Notes: generated from the letters alone by a model not told the origin. DNA of 32,000 nucleotides from Bacillus subtilis subsp. subtilis str. 168 (GCF_000009045.1 NC_000964.3:2850001-2882000), one strand, 5' to 3'. Counted from the first letter of the stretch, positions 9,836 through 19,952 are shown. Program-made: numbers and translations.

Positions 9836-10704
9836 GATCCTTCCTCCTCTGTATCGACAGTCGGCACGTCACGGTTAACAACGATCACATTATTTAAATC
9901 TGTAAGGTCAGCCGCAGGTTTTACATAAGCAACCTTCGTTAATCCATAGGAATCTGACTCGATATCAGTCACTTCACCGATTGTCAGCCCTTCTGGGAAA
10001 ACACCGCCTGTCCCTGATGTTTCAATAAGATCGCCTTTTTTCACGTCTTGTTTATCCTTACGCTCAATAATTGTCATCTTAAGACGTTTTTTCTCTTTGT
10101 CATATCCTTCGATCAAGCCGTAGCCTTTGCTGCCTTTTTTTCCGGAAATTTTTGTCGCGACTCTGTTATTGCGGTCAGTATCGCTTAAAAGCTGAACAGC
10201 AGACGTAAAATTGTTAAGTCCGGAGCTTTTGATCTTGCCGATTAATGCGCCTTTTTCGTTTGTAACGGCCATATCTTTCGCTACGTTTTGCTGAGTCCCC
10301 TTGTTAATGGTGACCTGTTTCGCCCAATTATCAGGGCTTCTGGCGATGACCGTTGCTAAAATCGGCTTGTAATCTTTAATCGATTTGACATGGCCAAGCT
10401 CGTCACGCAAGGATTTGTTTTCTTCTTCAAGCTCTTGAAGCTTGGCTTCATATTGTGTCTGTCCGTCAAGTTTTTCTCTTAGACGCTCGTTTTCTTTGTA
10501 TGTGTTTTTTAAATCATTGATGTTCTCAAATATTCCTGCAAAAAATTCGGCAGGCGTATGAAAAATATTTTGAAATACTCCCGTCGTATCGCCGATCACT
10601 TTCTCAGGCCAGGTGGTATTGCGGCCGCCCTTCAGCGAAAATCCAATCATAGCCACCAATATGATAATACACAGAAGTAATAGCATTAACCGCTTATTCG
10701 GCAT
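9832..10704 (-). CDS. mreC: Rod shape-determining protein MreC
   Basis: 290 aa. N-terminal TM segment, a coiled-coil region (ERLREKLDGQTQYEAKLQELEEENKSLRDEL), then beta-rich domains. SD AGAGGTG lies 7 nt before ATG 10704. Confidence 0.95.
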   Translation of the reverse strand: MPNKRLMLLLLCIIILVAMIGFSLKGGRNTTWPEKVIGDTTGVFQNIFHTPAEFFAGIFENINDLKNTYKENERLREKLDGQTQYEAKLQELEEENKSLRDELGHVKSIKDYKPILATVIARSPDNWAKQVTINKGTQQNVAKDMAVTNEKGALIGKIKSSGLNNFTSAVQLLSDTDRNNRVATKISGKKGSKGYGLIEGYDKEKKRLKMTIIERKDKQDVKKGDLIETSGTGGVFPEGLTIGEVTDIESDSYGLTKVAYVKPAADLTDLNNVIVVNRDVPTVDTEEEGS

Positions 10705-10734
10705 CGTGTTACACCTCTTCTATTGAACTCCCGA

Positions 10735-11748
10735 TTATCTAGTTTTCCCTTTGAAAAGATGGATGTGCTCCAGTGCTTTCCCTGTTCCGATCGCTACACA
10801 ATCAAGCGGATCTTCGGCGATAAGGACCGGCATTTTTGTTTCTTCGCTGATGACTTTGTCCAAATTGCGCAAAAGCGCTCCGCCGCCGGTTAACACTATA
10901 CCTCTGTCCATGATATCTGCTGCAAGCTCAGGCGGTGTTTTTTCGAGTGTGCTCTTCACTGCTTCGACAATTGTAGATACAGTGTCGCGTAGAGCGTTAG
11001 AAATCTCTTTTCCTGTAATTTCAATTGTTTTCGGCAAACCTGTGAGCAAATCGCGGCCGCGGATTTCCATGTTGTCGGATTCTTCAGGAGCTTCTGCAGA
11101 TCCGATTTCCATTTTAATCGCTTCAGCCGTACGGTCACCGATCATCAGATTGTACGTTTTTCTGATGTAGTTGATAATCGCGTCATCCATCTCATCACCG
11201 GCTACACGGATTGACTGAGACGTTACGATGCCTCCGAGGGAAATAATCGCAACTTCTGTCGTACCGCCCCCGATATCAACAACCATGCTTCCAGTCGGTT
11301 CCCAAACTGGCAGATTGGCTCCGATTGCTGCGGCAAAAGGCTCTTCAATCGGATACGCGTCACGCGCTCCCGCCTGTCTTGTCGCATCGATAACAGCGCG
11401 TTCTTCAACAGCTGTAATGCCTGATGGGACACATACCATTACATATGGTTTTCTGGCAAACATGCCTTTATTTTTTATGGCCTGATTGATGTAATATTTC
11501 ATCATCGTCGCCGTTGTTTCATAATCAGCGATAACGCCGTCTTTCATCGGGCGAAGAGCCACCACGTTGCCCGGTGTCCGTCCAATCATATTTTTCGCAT
11601 CATTTCCGACAGCGACAATCGATTTCGTATCCGTCTGCAAAGCGACAACTGACGGCTCTCTCACAACAATTCCTTTTCCTTTTACAAAAACAAGCGTATT
11701 CGCAGTTCCAAGATCTATACCAAGGTCTCTAGCACCAATTCCAAACAT
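10735..11748 (-). CDS. mreB: Actin-like rod shape-determining protein MreB
   Basis: 337 aa. Actin/Hsp70 ATPase phosphate-1 motif DLGTANT and phosphate-2 motif DIGGGTTE. Confidence 0.97.
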
Positions 11749-11839
11749 ATGTATGTATCTTCCTTTCTTAAAGCAAAAATACCCTAAAGGGAAAAACTCA
11801 TAAACTCTATTATAGCTTAATTCGACGAAAAAAAAAGTG

Positions 11840-12535
11840 TTACAAATATCCTTTTTCCTTTAAACTCACAAATTTTTTATCCCCGATCACCAAATGGTCA
11901 AGCAGCTCGATGCCAATCAGGTTTCCGCATTCAAACAGCCGTCTTGTCACTTCAATATCTTCCCTGCTCGGCGTCGGATCTCCAGAAGGATGATTATGAA
12001 CACAGATAAAGGAAGCGGCAGATCGTTTAAACGCTTCTTTAAACACCTCTCGCGGGTGGACAATAGATGAATTCAGGCTTCCGATAAATACGGTGCGTTT
12101 ATGGATGACTTGATTTTTTGTATTTAAGTATAAACAGACAAAATGCTCCTGGGTTAAAAAGCGCATATCCTCCATGACAAGATTAGCGCCGTCTTCCGGG
12201 GAGCGAATAACGAAATGTTCTTCGTTGGCTAATTTATGAATCCGGCTTCCAAGCTCAACTGCTGCCAGTATTTGAATCGCTTTTACCATACCGATTCCCG
12301 GGATGCTTGACAGCTCTTCAACCGATGCTTCCTTGAGCAGGCGCAGCCCGTCAAATGAGCGCAGCAGCCGGTTTGACAGGTCCAAAACAGATTCGTGTTT
12401 AGTCCCTGTCCGCAATAATATAGCCAAAAGTTCATGATTCGCTAAGTTCTCGGCTCCGACTTTCAGGAGCCGTTCCCTTGGCTTTTCTTTCATTGGGAAA
12501 TCTTTGAGTTTTAATGGCAGATCGTGTATGACCAA
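11840..12535 (-). CDS. radC: RadC-like JAB/MPN-domain protein (UPF0758), function unknown
   Basis: 231 aa from TTG 12535. N-terminal helix-hairpin-helix region ([22 protein letters not shown]). C-terminal JAMM-type motif [14 protein letters not shown] (HxH-x7-S-xx-D). The GGAG SD lies only 3 nt before the TTG, so the exact start is less secure than the gene itself. Confidence 0.85.
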
Positions 12536-12571
12536 GCACTCCTTTTCTTTCCCTTCCCGTTTATAGAACCG

Positions 12572-13141
12572 TCATGCCCTTATATCAAAATGGCGAAGAG
12601 CTCTCATTGTTTTTGATATAGGAAGGCCCATGACTGAATAATAATCTCCGTCTATTTTCTTTACAAAAAGCGCGCCTCTTCCTTGGATGCCGTATGCACC
12701 TGCTTTATCCATCGGCTCTTTTGTTTCAATATATGTCCAAATCTCTTCTTCACTGAGGGACCAAAACGCAACTTCTGTCTTATCATAAAAAGTCTCGCTG
12801 TGATTTTCAGCTTGAATGCTGACCGCGGTTATTACTGAGTGACTTCGGCCTGAAAGCCTCCGCAGCATAGAAGCAGCTTCTTCTTGATCCTGCGGTTTGC
12901 CAAGACATTCGCCGTCAAGGCATACCATTGTATCAGCACCGATAACGATTGCATGCGGGTGGAGATCAGCTACAGCCTTAGCTTTTTGTTTTGCCAACCA
13001 TTGGACGTTTTCTTCTGGTGAAAAGTTTCGATTTAATTTTTCTTCTACTTCACTGACAATAATGGAGTAGGGCAGCTGGAGAAGATCGAGGAGTTCTTTC
13101 CTGCGCGGAGATTGTGATGCAAGTATTAGCGGTTTTGTCAT
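12572..13141 (-). CDS. maf: Maf nucleoside-triphosphate pyrophosphatase (septation inhibitor when overproduced)
   Basis: Listed ORF 12572..13150. ATG 13141 lies 8 nt after AAAGGA and gives 189 aa. Maf family signatures [14 protein letters not shown] and AGAYGIQG. Confidence 0.94.
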   Translation of the reverse strand: MTKPLILASQSPRRKELLDLLQLPYSIIVSEVEEKLNRNFSPEENVQWLAKQKAKAVADLHPHAIVIGADTMVCLDGECLGKPQDQEEAASMLRRLSGRSHSVITAVSIQAENHSETFYDKTEVAFWSLSEEEIWTYIETKEPMDKAGAYGIQGRGALFVKKIDGDYYSVMGLPISKTMRALRHFDIRA

Positions 13142-13246
13142 GTTCGTCATCCTTTCAGGGTTTGCTTAAGAAAAAAAGATACTCGTTTATCCTACCAAAT
13201 CACGAGGCTTGTCACAATTTCAGAAAAATAACTTTTTCATGACAAA

Positions 13247-13279
13247 ATAAAAAAAGCCTGTCACTAAAGGACGAAGGCT
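13247..13279 (-). terminator. Intrinsic terminator after spoIIB
   Basis: On the minus strand: AGCCT-tc-GTC, loop CTTTAGT, then GAC-AGGCT, followed by 7 T and then ATTTT. It begins about 15 nt after the spoIIB stop. Confidence 0.7.
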
Positions 13280-13293
13280 CAGGGCACTATCTC

Positions 13294-14292
13294 TTATTTT
13301 ACGACGGCTAACAGCTCCTGCTGAGCCTTCCACCCGGCTTCAGCACTTGGATCCTCTAATTCCTTTAAAGCCTGCAAAATCGCTTTTTTCTCTCCTGTTT
13401 CTGACGCTTTTGTTTCACCAAGCGACTTTTCTATTTTCTCTACACTCGCTTTTGTAATGTCTTCGTCGAGAATCGCCTTTGCTGCAAGCTCCGCTGTTTC
13501 CTTAAAAGAATCTGTCATATCTGACTCTATTGATAAGGAAAGCTCCTTGCCTCCCCAGGCTTCAAAATCACTGTCGATTAAAACCTGTCCTAACTGCTGT
13601 GAGACCTCCTTTTCACTTGCTAAGCCTGCAATAACATACGTATACCCGTCATCCTTTGACAGTGACACGGCGGAATATCCTTTTTCGGTCAATTGTTCTG
13701 TTAACGTTTCGGCGCCCTTTTCATTTGAAAATTTTCCGGCTTGCACAGCGTATGTTTTGTATGTACCTTCAGTTTGTGCCGCTTGTTTTTCTGCGCCTGA
13801 GGTTTGTTTATCAGCAGAAGTATCCCCTGCTTTTGCCGTTTGGCTGCCTAAAGAATCCTCTAAAGAGGCCGGTGCTGACGCTTCTTTATTCCCCGATATG
13901 TTTAACGCGAATAACCCTAATCCAGTGCCAATGACAGCCGCGAAGGCAATCGTCGCGGCCACTCTTTTTACCGGTTTGGCAGCCCCGGTCTTTCCTTTTG
14001 CGTAAAGCTTTGTTTTTTTCTTTTGAAAAGGAGGAACAACTTTAGGGTCCTCTTTAAACACCTTGTCCTCCTCGGAATCCCAATTGAATTCATCTTCATC
14101 AGGGTGTTCCTGGGATGCCGCAACCTCTTGTTCTGCCTGTCTTTTTTCCTCCCAATTTGAAAATGTCATGCTTTTATTCGCCTCTGTCTCAGGCGTCTCT
14201 TGTTCGTAAACCGTCTCTTCTTTTCCATTAATCGTCACCTTGAGGGCTTTTTCTGCGGCTTTACTGTTTTTTTTATTCTTTCTTTTTTTCAA
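13294..14292 (-). CDS. spoIIB: Sporulation septal peptidoglycan-remodelling protein SpoIIB (SPOR domain)
   Basis: 332 aa. TTG 14292 lies 8 nt after a GGAGG SD. Lys-rich N-terminus, acidic linker and one TM segment (VAATIAFAAVIGTGLGLFAL). SPOR-like domain (YAVQAGKFSNEKGAETLTEQLTEKGYSAVSLSKDDGYTYVIAG). Confidence 0.93.
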   Translation of the reverse strand: MKKRKNKKNSKAAEKALKVTINGKEETVYEQETPETEANKSMTFSNWEEKRQAEQEVAASQEHPDEDEFNWDSEEDKVFKEDPKVVPPFQKKKTKLYAKGKTGAAKPVKRVAATIAFAAVIGTGLGLFALNISGNKEASAPASLEDSLGSQTAKAGDTSADKQTSGAEKQAAQTEGTYKTYAVQAGKFSNEKGAETLTEQLTEKGYSAVSLSKDDGYTYVIAGLASEKEVSQQLGQVLIDSDFEAWGGKELSLSIESDMTDSFKETAELAAKAILDEDITKASVEKIEKSLGETKASETGEKKAILQALKELEDPSAEAGWKAQQELLAVVK

Positions 14293-14361
14293 TTCCGCTT
14301 CCTCCCTTCATTTGCTTGACCGTTCTTGTCGGCTTTTCATGCTACACACTTTAGCACAGGC

Positions 14362-14397
14362 AAAGAAAAAAAGAACAAGACTTTTGTCGCCTTGTCC
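14362..14397 (-). terminator. Intrinsic terminator after comC
   Basis: On the minus strand: GGACAAG, loop GCGACAAAAGT, CTTGTTC (one G-U pair), followed by TTTTTTTCTTTG. Confidence 0.7.
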
Positions 14398-14425
14398 AAA
14401 AAACGTTCGTCAAATTTTTCAGCAG

Positions 14426-15172
14426 TCAGCCCAATGCCATTTTGATATAAAAAGAAATGATAGAGTCACCGTATAAATAGGCTAAAATGCTCCCTGCGGC
14501 TATAGCGGGGGCGAAGGGAAGCGGCTGCCTTTTAGCGAGTCTACCAGTCAGAACAGCTGCCGCTCCATATAATGCACCTATCAAAACTGAAAAGAAAAAG
14601 GCAGCTGCCAGCATTTTCACACCAAGCACAAAGCCAATCACCGCAAATAATTTAATATCTCCTCCCCCTACTCCCCCATGGGTGATTGCGGCAATTACAG
14701 CCAGAAACAAAAATCCGGCTGCCGCACCTAACAGGCCTGCATACCAGGAATCAAGCGGAGAAATCAATCTCGCGGCCGCCAAAAAGGGAAGAAAGAAAAT
14801 CAATATTCGATTTGGAATCAGCATAAAATGAATATCTGTCACTGCAACAATAATGAGAAGAGAGATAAACACCACAGCGGGAAACAGTTCCAGCGATATG
14901 CCAAAGCGTATTCCTGCGGCGGCAAATAAACACGCTGTCACAAGCTCTGCTGCGGGATACATAAAAGAAATCCTATGCCCGCAGCTTTTACATTTACCTT
15001 TTTGAAATAGGAATGACAGGATGGGAATTAATTCTGCAGGAGTTAATGTTCGCCGGCAAAACGGGCATGATGAACGGGGCGCAATAATAGATAGATGTAA
15101 GGGGATACGGCACCCGGCCGTATAGTAAAAAGAACCAAGGATAAGCCCGAAGATAAAAAGAATGGATAGCAT
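14426..15172 (-). CDS. comC: Type IV prepilin (pre-ComG) leader peptidase / N-methyltransferase
   Basis: Listed ORF 14426..15253. ATG 15172 lies 8 nt after AAAGGTG and gives 248 aa. Four-Cys cluster (CPFC...CKSC), polytopic, and GGGDIKL containing the catalytic Asp of the A24 peptidase family. Confidence 0.94.
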   Translation of the reverse strand: MLSILFIFGLILGSFYYTAGCRIPLHLSIIAPRSSCPFCRRTLTPAELIPILSFLFQKGKCKSCGHRISFMYPAAELVTACLFAAAGIRFGISLELFPAVVFISLLIIVAVTDIHFMLIPNRILIFFLPFLAAARLISPLDSWYAGLLGAAAGFLFLAVIAAITHGGVGGGDIKLFAVIGFVLGVKMLAAAFFFSVLIGALYGAAAVLTGRLAKRQPLPFAPAIAAGSILAYLYGDSIISFYIKMALG

Positions 15173-15244
15173 AGACAACACACCTTTACTCATTGAGTTC
15201 TGGTATGGATTGTAGCAAAATGGACATCCTGAGCTCCAATTGGG

Positions 15245-15257
15245 AATATTCAATTTT
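15245..15257 (-). promoter_or_regulatory. Single near-consensus ComK AT-box half-site upstream of comC
   Basis: The minus strand reads AAAA-TTGAA-TATT, against AAAA-N5-TTTT. A TACAAT -10 with a poor -35 (GGAGCT) lies downstream, which fits an activator-dependent promoter. I could not find a convincing second AT-box at a canonical spacing. Confidence 0.25.
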
Positions 15258-15263
15258 ACACAT

Positions 15264-15298
15264 GAAAAAAACGGCAGAATCTTTTTTTGATTCTGCCG
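15264..15298 (-). terminator. Intrinsic terminator after folC
   Basis: On the minus strand: CGGCAGAATC-AAAAAAA-GATTCTGCCG (perfect 10-bp stem) followed by 7 T. Confidence 0.9.
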
Positions 15299-15311
15299 GA
15301 GCCGGATGCTT

Positions 15312-16604
15312 TTATTTCAACCTTTTTCGAATGTCAGAAATAAAGTAAAGAGATCCGGTAATCAGCACAATTTCATTTGAGCCCTTTTTACTTTCTATGA
15401 ATTTGATTACATCGTCTGGATCTTCACTCCAGCTTTTATTGCTGATTTCACTTGCATCATAGAGATCTTTTGCAAGGGAAGCACGCGGGAAATCAAAAGA
15501 AGCAAAATGAATCGCATGAGCAATGGTTTCCAGTCTTTTAATCATGTTCTGATACGGTTTGTCCTTTAACGCGCTAAACACCACAGAAATGCGTGAATTG
15601 GCGAAACGCTGCTTCATCGTTTCCGCCAGCTTTTCAACACCTTCTTCGTTATGCGCACCGTCTAAATATACCGGAGGATGTTCCTGAACAAGCTCTAACC
15701 GTCCCGGCCAAGCAGCCTTCACAAGCCCGCTCCTTAACGCTTCGTCACTGATATGGGCGATATTCTCCTTATTGAGCCACTCCGCAGCCAAAATGGACAA
15801 AGCAGCATTTTGTCTTTGATGGGTGCCAATCAGAGATGTCCGAATATCTTCATAGCATTTCTCTTCCGTTTTGAATGAAAACTGTTCTCCTGCAGGCAGA
15901 GCCTCTTCATTGAAAATAACACATGCATCATGCAATGACTGGAACGGCGCAGCATGCCGTTCGGCTTCATGGCGGATGACCTGTAAAGCTTCCGGCTGGG
16001 TAACTGCTGTAACGATTGGAATACCTTCTTTAATAATGCCGGCCTTTTCTCCTGCAATTTCTTCAATGGTGTTTCCCAAAATGTTCATATGATCGTGTCC
16101 GATGCTTGTAATCACAGTTAAGAGCGGTTCAACCACATTAGTAGAATCGAATCTACCGCCCAGACCTGTTTCAAAAATAACAAAATCGACCTTATGAAAC
16201 TCTGCAAAATATAAAAATGCACAAGCTGTCATAATTTCAAATTCTGTCGGCTGTCCGTATTCCGTTTGATCAAGGGCTTCAACGTGCGGTTTCATTTGAT
16301 TGACGAGTGCTGTCCATTCCTCATCTGAAATCGGTATCCCGTTTACGCTGATCCGTTCATTAAACGTAATAATATAAGGCGATGTAAATGTTCCAACCGT
16401 ATATCCGGCTTCCTGCAGCATAGAACGGATAAAAGCGACAGTTGATCCTTTACCGTTTGTTCCTGCGACGTGGAACGCTCGGATTTTTTTTTCAGGATGT
16501 CCTAACCGCGCCATCAGCTGTTTCATTCGACCAAGTCCGGGCTTCACCCCGAATTTCAGCCTCCCGTGAATCCAGCTGCGCGCATCTTGATATGCAGTAA
16601 ACAA
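15312..16604 (-). CDS. folC: Folylpolyglutamate synthase / dihydrofolate synthase
   Basis: 430 aa. TTG 16604 lies 7 nt after a GAGGGG SD. Mur-ligase P-loop HVAGTNGKGST. Confidence 0.95.
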   Translation of the reverse strand: MFTAYQDARSWIHGRLKFGVKPGLGRMKQLMARLGHPEKKIRAFHVAGTNGKGSTVAFIRSMLQEAGYTVGTFTSPYIITFNERISVNGIPISDEEWTALVNQMKPHVEALDQTEYGQPTEFEIMTACAFLYFAEFHKVDFVIFETGLGGRFDSTNVVEPLLTVITSIGHDHMNILGNTIEEIAGEKAGIIKEGIPIVTAVTQPEALQVIRHEAERHAAPFQSLHDACVIFNEEALPAGEQFSFKTEEKCYEDIRTSLIGTHQRQNAALSILAAEWLNKENIAHISDEALRSGLVKAAWPGRLELVQEHPPVYLDGAHNEEGVEKLAETMKQRFANSRISVVFSALKDKPYQNMIKRLETIAHAIHFASFDFPRASLAKDLYDASEISNKSWSEDPDDVIKFIESKKGSNEIVLITGSLYFISDIRKRLK

Positions 16605-16630
16605 TGATAATCCCCTCTTTTATAAGACAA

Positions 16631-16652
16631 GGCGGTTTCTCTAGAAACCGCC
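16631..16652 (-). terminator. Hairpin between valS and folC (weak terminator or processing structure)
   Basis: On the minus strand: GGCGGTTTC-TAGA-GAAACCGCC followed by TTGTCTTAT, an interrupted U-tract. It lies in the 59-nt valS-folC gap, so read-through into folC is plausible. Confidence 0.5.
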
Positions 16653-16663
16653 CCGGCTTTTCA

Positions 16664-19306
16664 TTAACCCTTCAGCTCAGCCATTCGTTTTTGAACAGCG
16701 TCACGCTTCGCCACATAATCTTTTTCTTTTTCACGTTCTTCATCAATTACGTGTGCAGGCGCTTTTTTCATAAATCCTTCATTTCCAAGTTTCTTTTGGA
16801 CACGCTCAACTTCTTTTGTCAGTTTATCAAATTCTTTTTGCAGACGGGCAATTTCTTCATCAATATTGATTAAGCCTTCAAGCGGAAGAATAACCTCTGC
16901 TCCTGAGACAACGGCCGTCATCGCCTTATCAACAGCCTCAATATCGGTGCCGATTTTAAGCACGCTCGGATTCGTAAAGCGTTCAACATATGAACGGTTC
17001 GCTTCGAGGCGGGACGCTATTTCGTCTGTGCTTGTTTTAATGTACAGTTCAACCTGCTTGCTCATTGGCGTATTGACTTCACTGCGGATATTGCGCACAG
17101 AACGGATCAGCTCAACAAGAAGCTTCATGTCAGCTGCCGCTTCAGTATCGGTATGCTCCGGCACTACTGCAGGCCATTGACTTACTGTAATCGATTCCCC
17201 TTGGTGAGGAAGGTGCTGCCAAATTTCCTCCGTTAAGAATGGCATAAACGGATGGAGCAGACGCATCGTTTGATCAAGTACGTAAGCAAGGATGGAACGG
17301 GTAGTTTTCTTAGCCGCTTCGTCTTCTCCATAAAGCGGAAGCTTCGCCATTTCAATATACCAATCACAGAAATCATCCCAAATAAAGTTATATAAATGGC
17401 GTCCTACTTCACCAAATTCATATCGGTCAGCAAGCTGGGTCACGTGCTCGATCGTTTCATTTAATCGCGTTAAAATCCACTTGTCAGCGACTGACTTTTC
17501 ACCTGACAGATCAAGCTCATCGTACGTCATGCCATCCATATTCATTAATGCAAAACGGGAGGCGTTCCAAATTTTATTGGCAAAATTCCAGGTCGATTCC
17601 ACTTTTTCATAGCTGAAGCGCAGATCCTGGCCAGGAGAGCTTCCAGTCGCAAGGAAATAACGCAGAGAATCGGCTCCGTACTTGTCAATCACATCCATCG
17701 GGTCGACACCGTTGCCAAGAGATTTACTCATTTTCCGGCCTTGCTCGTCACGGATTAAGCCGTGGATTAAAACATCTTTGAACGGGCGCTCGCCTGTAAA
17801 TTCAATGCCTTGGAAAATCATGCGTGATACCCAGAAGAAAATGATATCGTACCCTGTCACGAGAACATCTGTCGGATAGTAGCGTTTAAAGTCTTCAGCC
17901 GTTACATCAGGCCAGCCCATTGTGGAGAAAGGCCATAGCGCAGAACTGAACCATGTATCCAGTACGTCTGTATCCTGTTCCCAATTTTCGCTGTCTTCCG
18001 GCGCTTCAAGTCCGACATATAGCTCGCCTGTTTCTTTATGATACCAGGCAGGAATACGATGGCCCCACCACAATTGACGGGAGATACACCAGTCGCGGAT
18101 ATTTTCCATCCAGTGTAAATACGTTTTTTCGAAACGGTCAGGCACAAAGTTGACCTTTTCTTCTTTTTTTTGCAGCTCAATCGCTGCATCAGCAAGCGGC
18201 TGCATGCGCACAAACCATTGTGTAGAAAGATAAGGCTCCACAACAGCCCCGCTTCGTTCACTATGGCCGACAGAGTGCATATGATCCTCGATCTTGAAGA
18301 GAACTCCCGCCTCCTGTAAATCTTTCACGAGCTTTTTGCGGCATTCAAAACGATCCATACCTTGATATTGGAGCGCATTTTCATTCATCGTGCCATCTTC
18401 ATTCATGACAAGGATGCGTTCTAAATTGTGGCGGTTGCCAAGCTCGAAGTCGTTCGGATCATGAGCAGGCGTAATTTTCACGGCACCTGAACCAAATTCC
18501 ATATCAACATAGTCATCACCGACAATCGGAATTTCACGATTTACAATCGGCAGGATCACCGTTTTTCCGATAAGGTGTTTATAGCGCTCGTCTTCAGGGT
18601 GAACGGCAACAGCTGTATCACCGAGCATTGTTTCAGGACGTGTCGTCGCAATTTCAATTGAGCCTGAACCGTCAGCAAGCGGATAGCTCATATGATAGAA
18701 TGCGCCTTGAACATCCTTGTAAATCACCTCAATGTCGGATAGGGCTGTTTTTGTCGCTGGGTCCCAGTTAATAATATATTCGCCTCTGTAGATCAGGCCT
18801 TTTTCATAAAGCTTAACGAATACTTCCCTTACCGCTTTGCTCAAGCCTTCATCCAGCGTAAAACGTTCACGGGAATAATCTAGGCCAAGACCTAATTTCG
18901 CCCACTGGCTGCGAATAAAGTCAGCATATTCTTCCTTCCACTTCCACGTTTCTTCGAGGAATTTTTCACGGCCTAAATCGTAGCGGGATTTGCCTTCTTC
19001 ACGAAGTTTCGCCTCCACTTTAGCCTGTGTCGCGATGCCGGCGTGGTCCATGCCAGGAAGCCACAGCACATCATAGCCCTGCATGCGTTTCATTCTTGTT
19101 ACAATGTCTTGCAGCGTTGTGTCCCATGCGTGGCCAAGGTGAAGTCTCCCTGTTACGTTTGGCGGCGGGATGACAACAGAGTATGGCTCTTTTGTCTGGT
19201 CACTGCCCGCTTCAAAAAATTTGCCTTTTAGCCAAAAATCATATCGGTCTTTTTCAACCGCTGCCGGATCATATTTCGTCGGCATTGTTTGTTCATTCGT
19301 TTCCAT
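16664..19306 (-). CDS. valS: Valyl-tRNA synthetase
   Basis: Listed ORF 16664..19309. The second ATG (19306) lies 6 nt after GGAGG and gives 880 aa. HIGH motif (GRLHLGHAW), KMSKS motif (KMSKSLGN) and a C-terminal coiled coil. Confidence 0.97.
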   Translation of the reverse strand: METNEQTMPTKYDPAAVEKDRYDFWLKGKFFEAGSDQTKEPYSVVIPPPNVTGRLHLGHAWDTTLQDIVTRMKRMQGYDVLWLPGMDHAGIATQAKVEAKLREEGKSRYDLGREKFLEETWKWKEEYADFIRSQWAKLGLGLDYSRERFTLDEGLSKAVREVFVKLYEKGLIYRGEYIINWDPATKTALSDIEVIYKDVQGAFYHMSYPLADGSGSIEIATTRPETMLGDTAVAVHPEDERYKHLIGKTVILPIVNREIPIVGDDYVDMEFGSGAVKITPAHDPNDFELGNRHNLERILVMNEDGTMNENALQYQGMDRFECRKKLVKDLQEAGVLFKIEDHMHSVGHSERSGAVVEPYLSTQWFVRMQPLADAAIELQKKEEKVNFVPDRFEKTYLHWMENIRDWCISRQLWWGHRIPAWYHKETGELYVGLEAPEDSENWEQDTDVLDTWFSSALWPFSTMGWPDVTAEDFKRYYPTDVLVTGYDIIFFWVSRMIFQGIEFTGERPFKDVLIHGLIRDEQGRKMSKSLGNGVDPMDVIDKYGADSLRYFLATGSSPGQDLRFSYEKVESTWNFANKIWNASRFALMNMDGMTYDELDLSGEKSVADKWILTRLNETIEHVTQLADRYEFGEVGRHLYNFIWDDFCDWYIEMAKLPLYGEDEAAKKTTRSILAYVLDQTMRLLHPFMPFLTEEIWQHLPHQGESITVSQWPAVVPEHTDTEAAADMKLLVELIRSVRNIRSEVNTPMSKQVELYIKTSTDEIASRLEANRSYVERFTNPSVLKIGTDIEAVDKAMTAVVSGAEVILPLEGLINIDEEIARLQKEFDKLTKEVERVQKKLGNEGFMKKAPAHVIDEEREKEKDYVAKRDAVQKRMAELKG

Positions 19307-19340
19307 CATAACCCTCCAGCATGTTTAAAAATGGCTGAGA

Positions 19341-19600
19341 ACGAAAAAAGAGCTCTTCATCCCTGTAAAAGGACGAAAAGCTCTTTCGCGGTACCACCTT
19401 TTTTCATGAACTCAATCAGTTCATGCACTTATAACGGATAACGGGTGTTTCCCGAATTTCTCTACTCTTCTTTCAAGAAATTATGCTCCCGGGCGACCTT
19501 CCAATCAGACAACATAAGAAGCCTTTCAGCAAACGGCTTCTCTCTCTGCATGCGCCTTTTTTGTACTCTTCCCGTTCTAAGCAGGTGTATTTATCAGCTC
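19341..19600 (-). promoter_or_regulatory. T-box riboswitch leader of valS (valine specifier)
   Basis: On the minus strand, the Stem I region has AGUA and AGAGA elements and a distal helix GAAGCC/GGCUUC. The specifier-loop 3' side reads GGAAG-GUC-G just before the closing helix CCCG (pairs with CGGG). GUC is at 19497..19495. The T-box sequence GGUGGUACCGCG is at 19398..19387. A 16-bp terminator AAAGAGCUUUUCGUCC / GGAUGAAGAGCUCUUU plus a run of U lies at 19386..19341, and its 5' arm abuts the T-box (antiterminator alternative). Confidence 0.9.
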
Positions 19601-19625
19601 ATTGTATACATTATTTATGTTCTTT

Positions 19626-19655
19626 ATTATAGTAAAAGTGTTTTTGATTCGTCAA
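19626..19655 (-). promoter_or_regulatory. SigmaA promoter of the valS T-box leader
   Basis: On the minus strand: TTGACG (19655..19650), an 18-nt spacer, then TATAAT (19631..19626). Confidence 0.8.
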
Positions 19656-19753
19656 TCATCTTTTCCAAAAACACCGCTTTCTATACAGATGGGCAGGCAC
19701 CTATTGCCCAAGTTTACATATGATGCTTGTAAATGCGTAGAGGAGGATGCACC

Positions 19754-19945
19754 GTGAAGAAACGTTTCAGCTCTTATTCGCTGCCGCCATGGGTAAGGCA
19801 AATTCGGCTTGTATCCGCACAAGTGATTATTCCCATTACGATTTTTCAAGGAATCAGAACCATTTTCTTTCCGACAACCTTTGATGTTTTGCTGCTCGCA
19901 ATCCTAATCTTTTTAGCTTGCGCCCTTCATTTAGAATGGATATAA
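19754..19945 (+). CDS. yszA: Small (63 aa) predicted two-TM membrane protein of unknown function
   Basis: Listed ORF 19733..19945. GTG 19754 lies 6 nt after the strong SD GAGGAGGA (19740..19747). Product: MKKRFSSYSLPPWVRQIRLVSAQVIIPITIFQGIRTIFFPTTFDVLLLAILIFLACALHLEWI, with two hydrophobic stretches. A terminator follows. The symbol comes from my recollection of the B. subtilis 168 re-annotation between valS and ysxE and is not verified. Confidence 0.6.
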   Translation: MKKRFSSYSLPPWVRQIRLVSAQVIIPITIFQGIRTIFFPTTFDVLLLAILIFLACALHLEWI

Positions 19946-19952
19946 ACAAACA

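Noticed and set aside
10751-11485. Plus-strand ORFs of 139 and 85 aa opposite mreB. Similar antisense ORFs lie opposite comC (14487..14831), rplU (5500..5850), lonA (31015..31410, 31670..31982), valS (16866..17180), hemB and hemC.
   Set aside because: All lie entirely within well-supported genes on the other strand, lack ribosome-binding sites and have biased, non-protein-like composition.
11809-11814. TATAAT on the minus strand in the radC-mreB gap as a possible mreB promoter.
   Set aside because: The -35 positions at 16 to 18 nt are a T-run (CTTTTT/TTTTTT) and there is no TG extension. An internal promoter there is plausible but not supported by the sequence alone.
13457-14005. 182-aa plus-strand ORF (and 13656..13934) opposite spoIIB.
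   Set aside because: Low-complexity Ser/Ala/Phe-rich shadow of the Glu/Lys/Ala-rich spoIIB frame, with no SD or promoter.
15173-15262. Full ComK box (two AAAA-N5-TTTT motifs) upstream of comC.
   Set aside because: Only one near-consensus half (AAAATTGAATATT) is evident. Candidates for the second AT-box (AGGATGTCCATTT) are weak and at non-canonical spacing, so only a low-confidence half-site is reported.
19717-19724. CATATGAT, identical to the putative spoIVF sigmaE -10, located 30 nt upstream of yszA.
   Set aside because: No kmATATT-like -35 lies at the required 14-nt spacing (the sequence there is GGCACCT), so it is likely coincidental.
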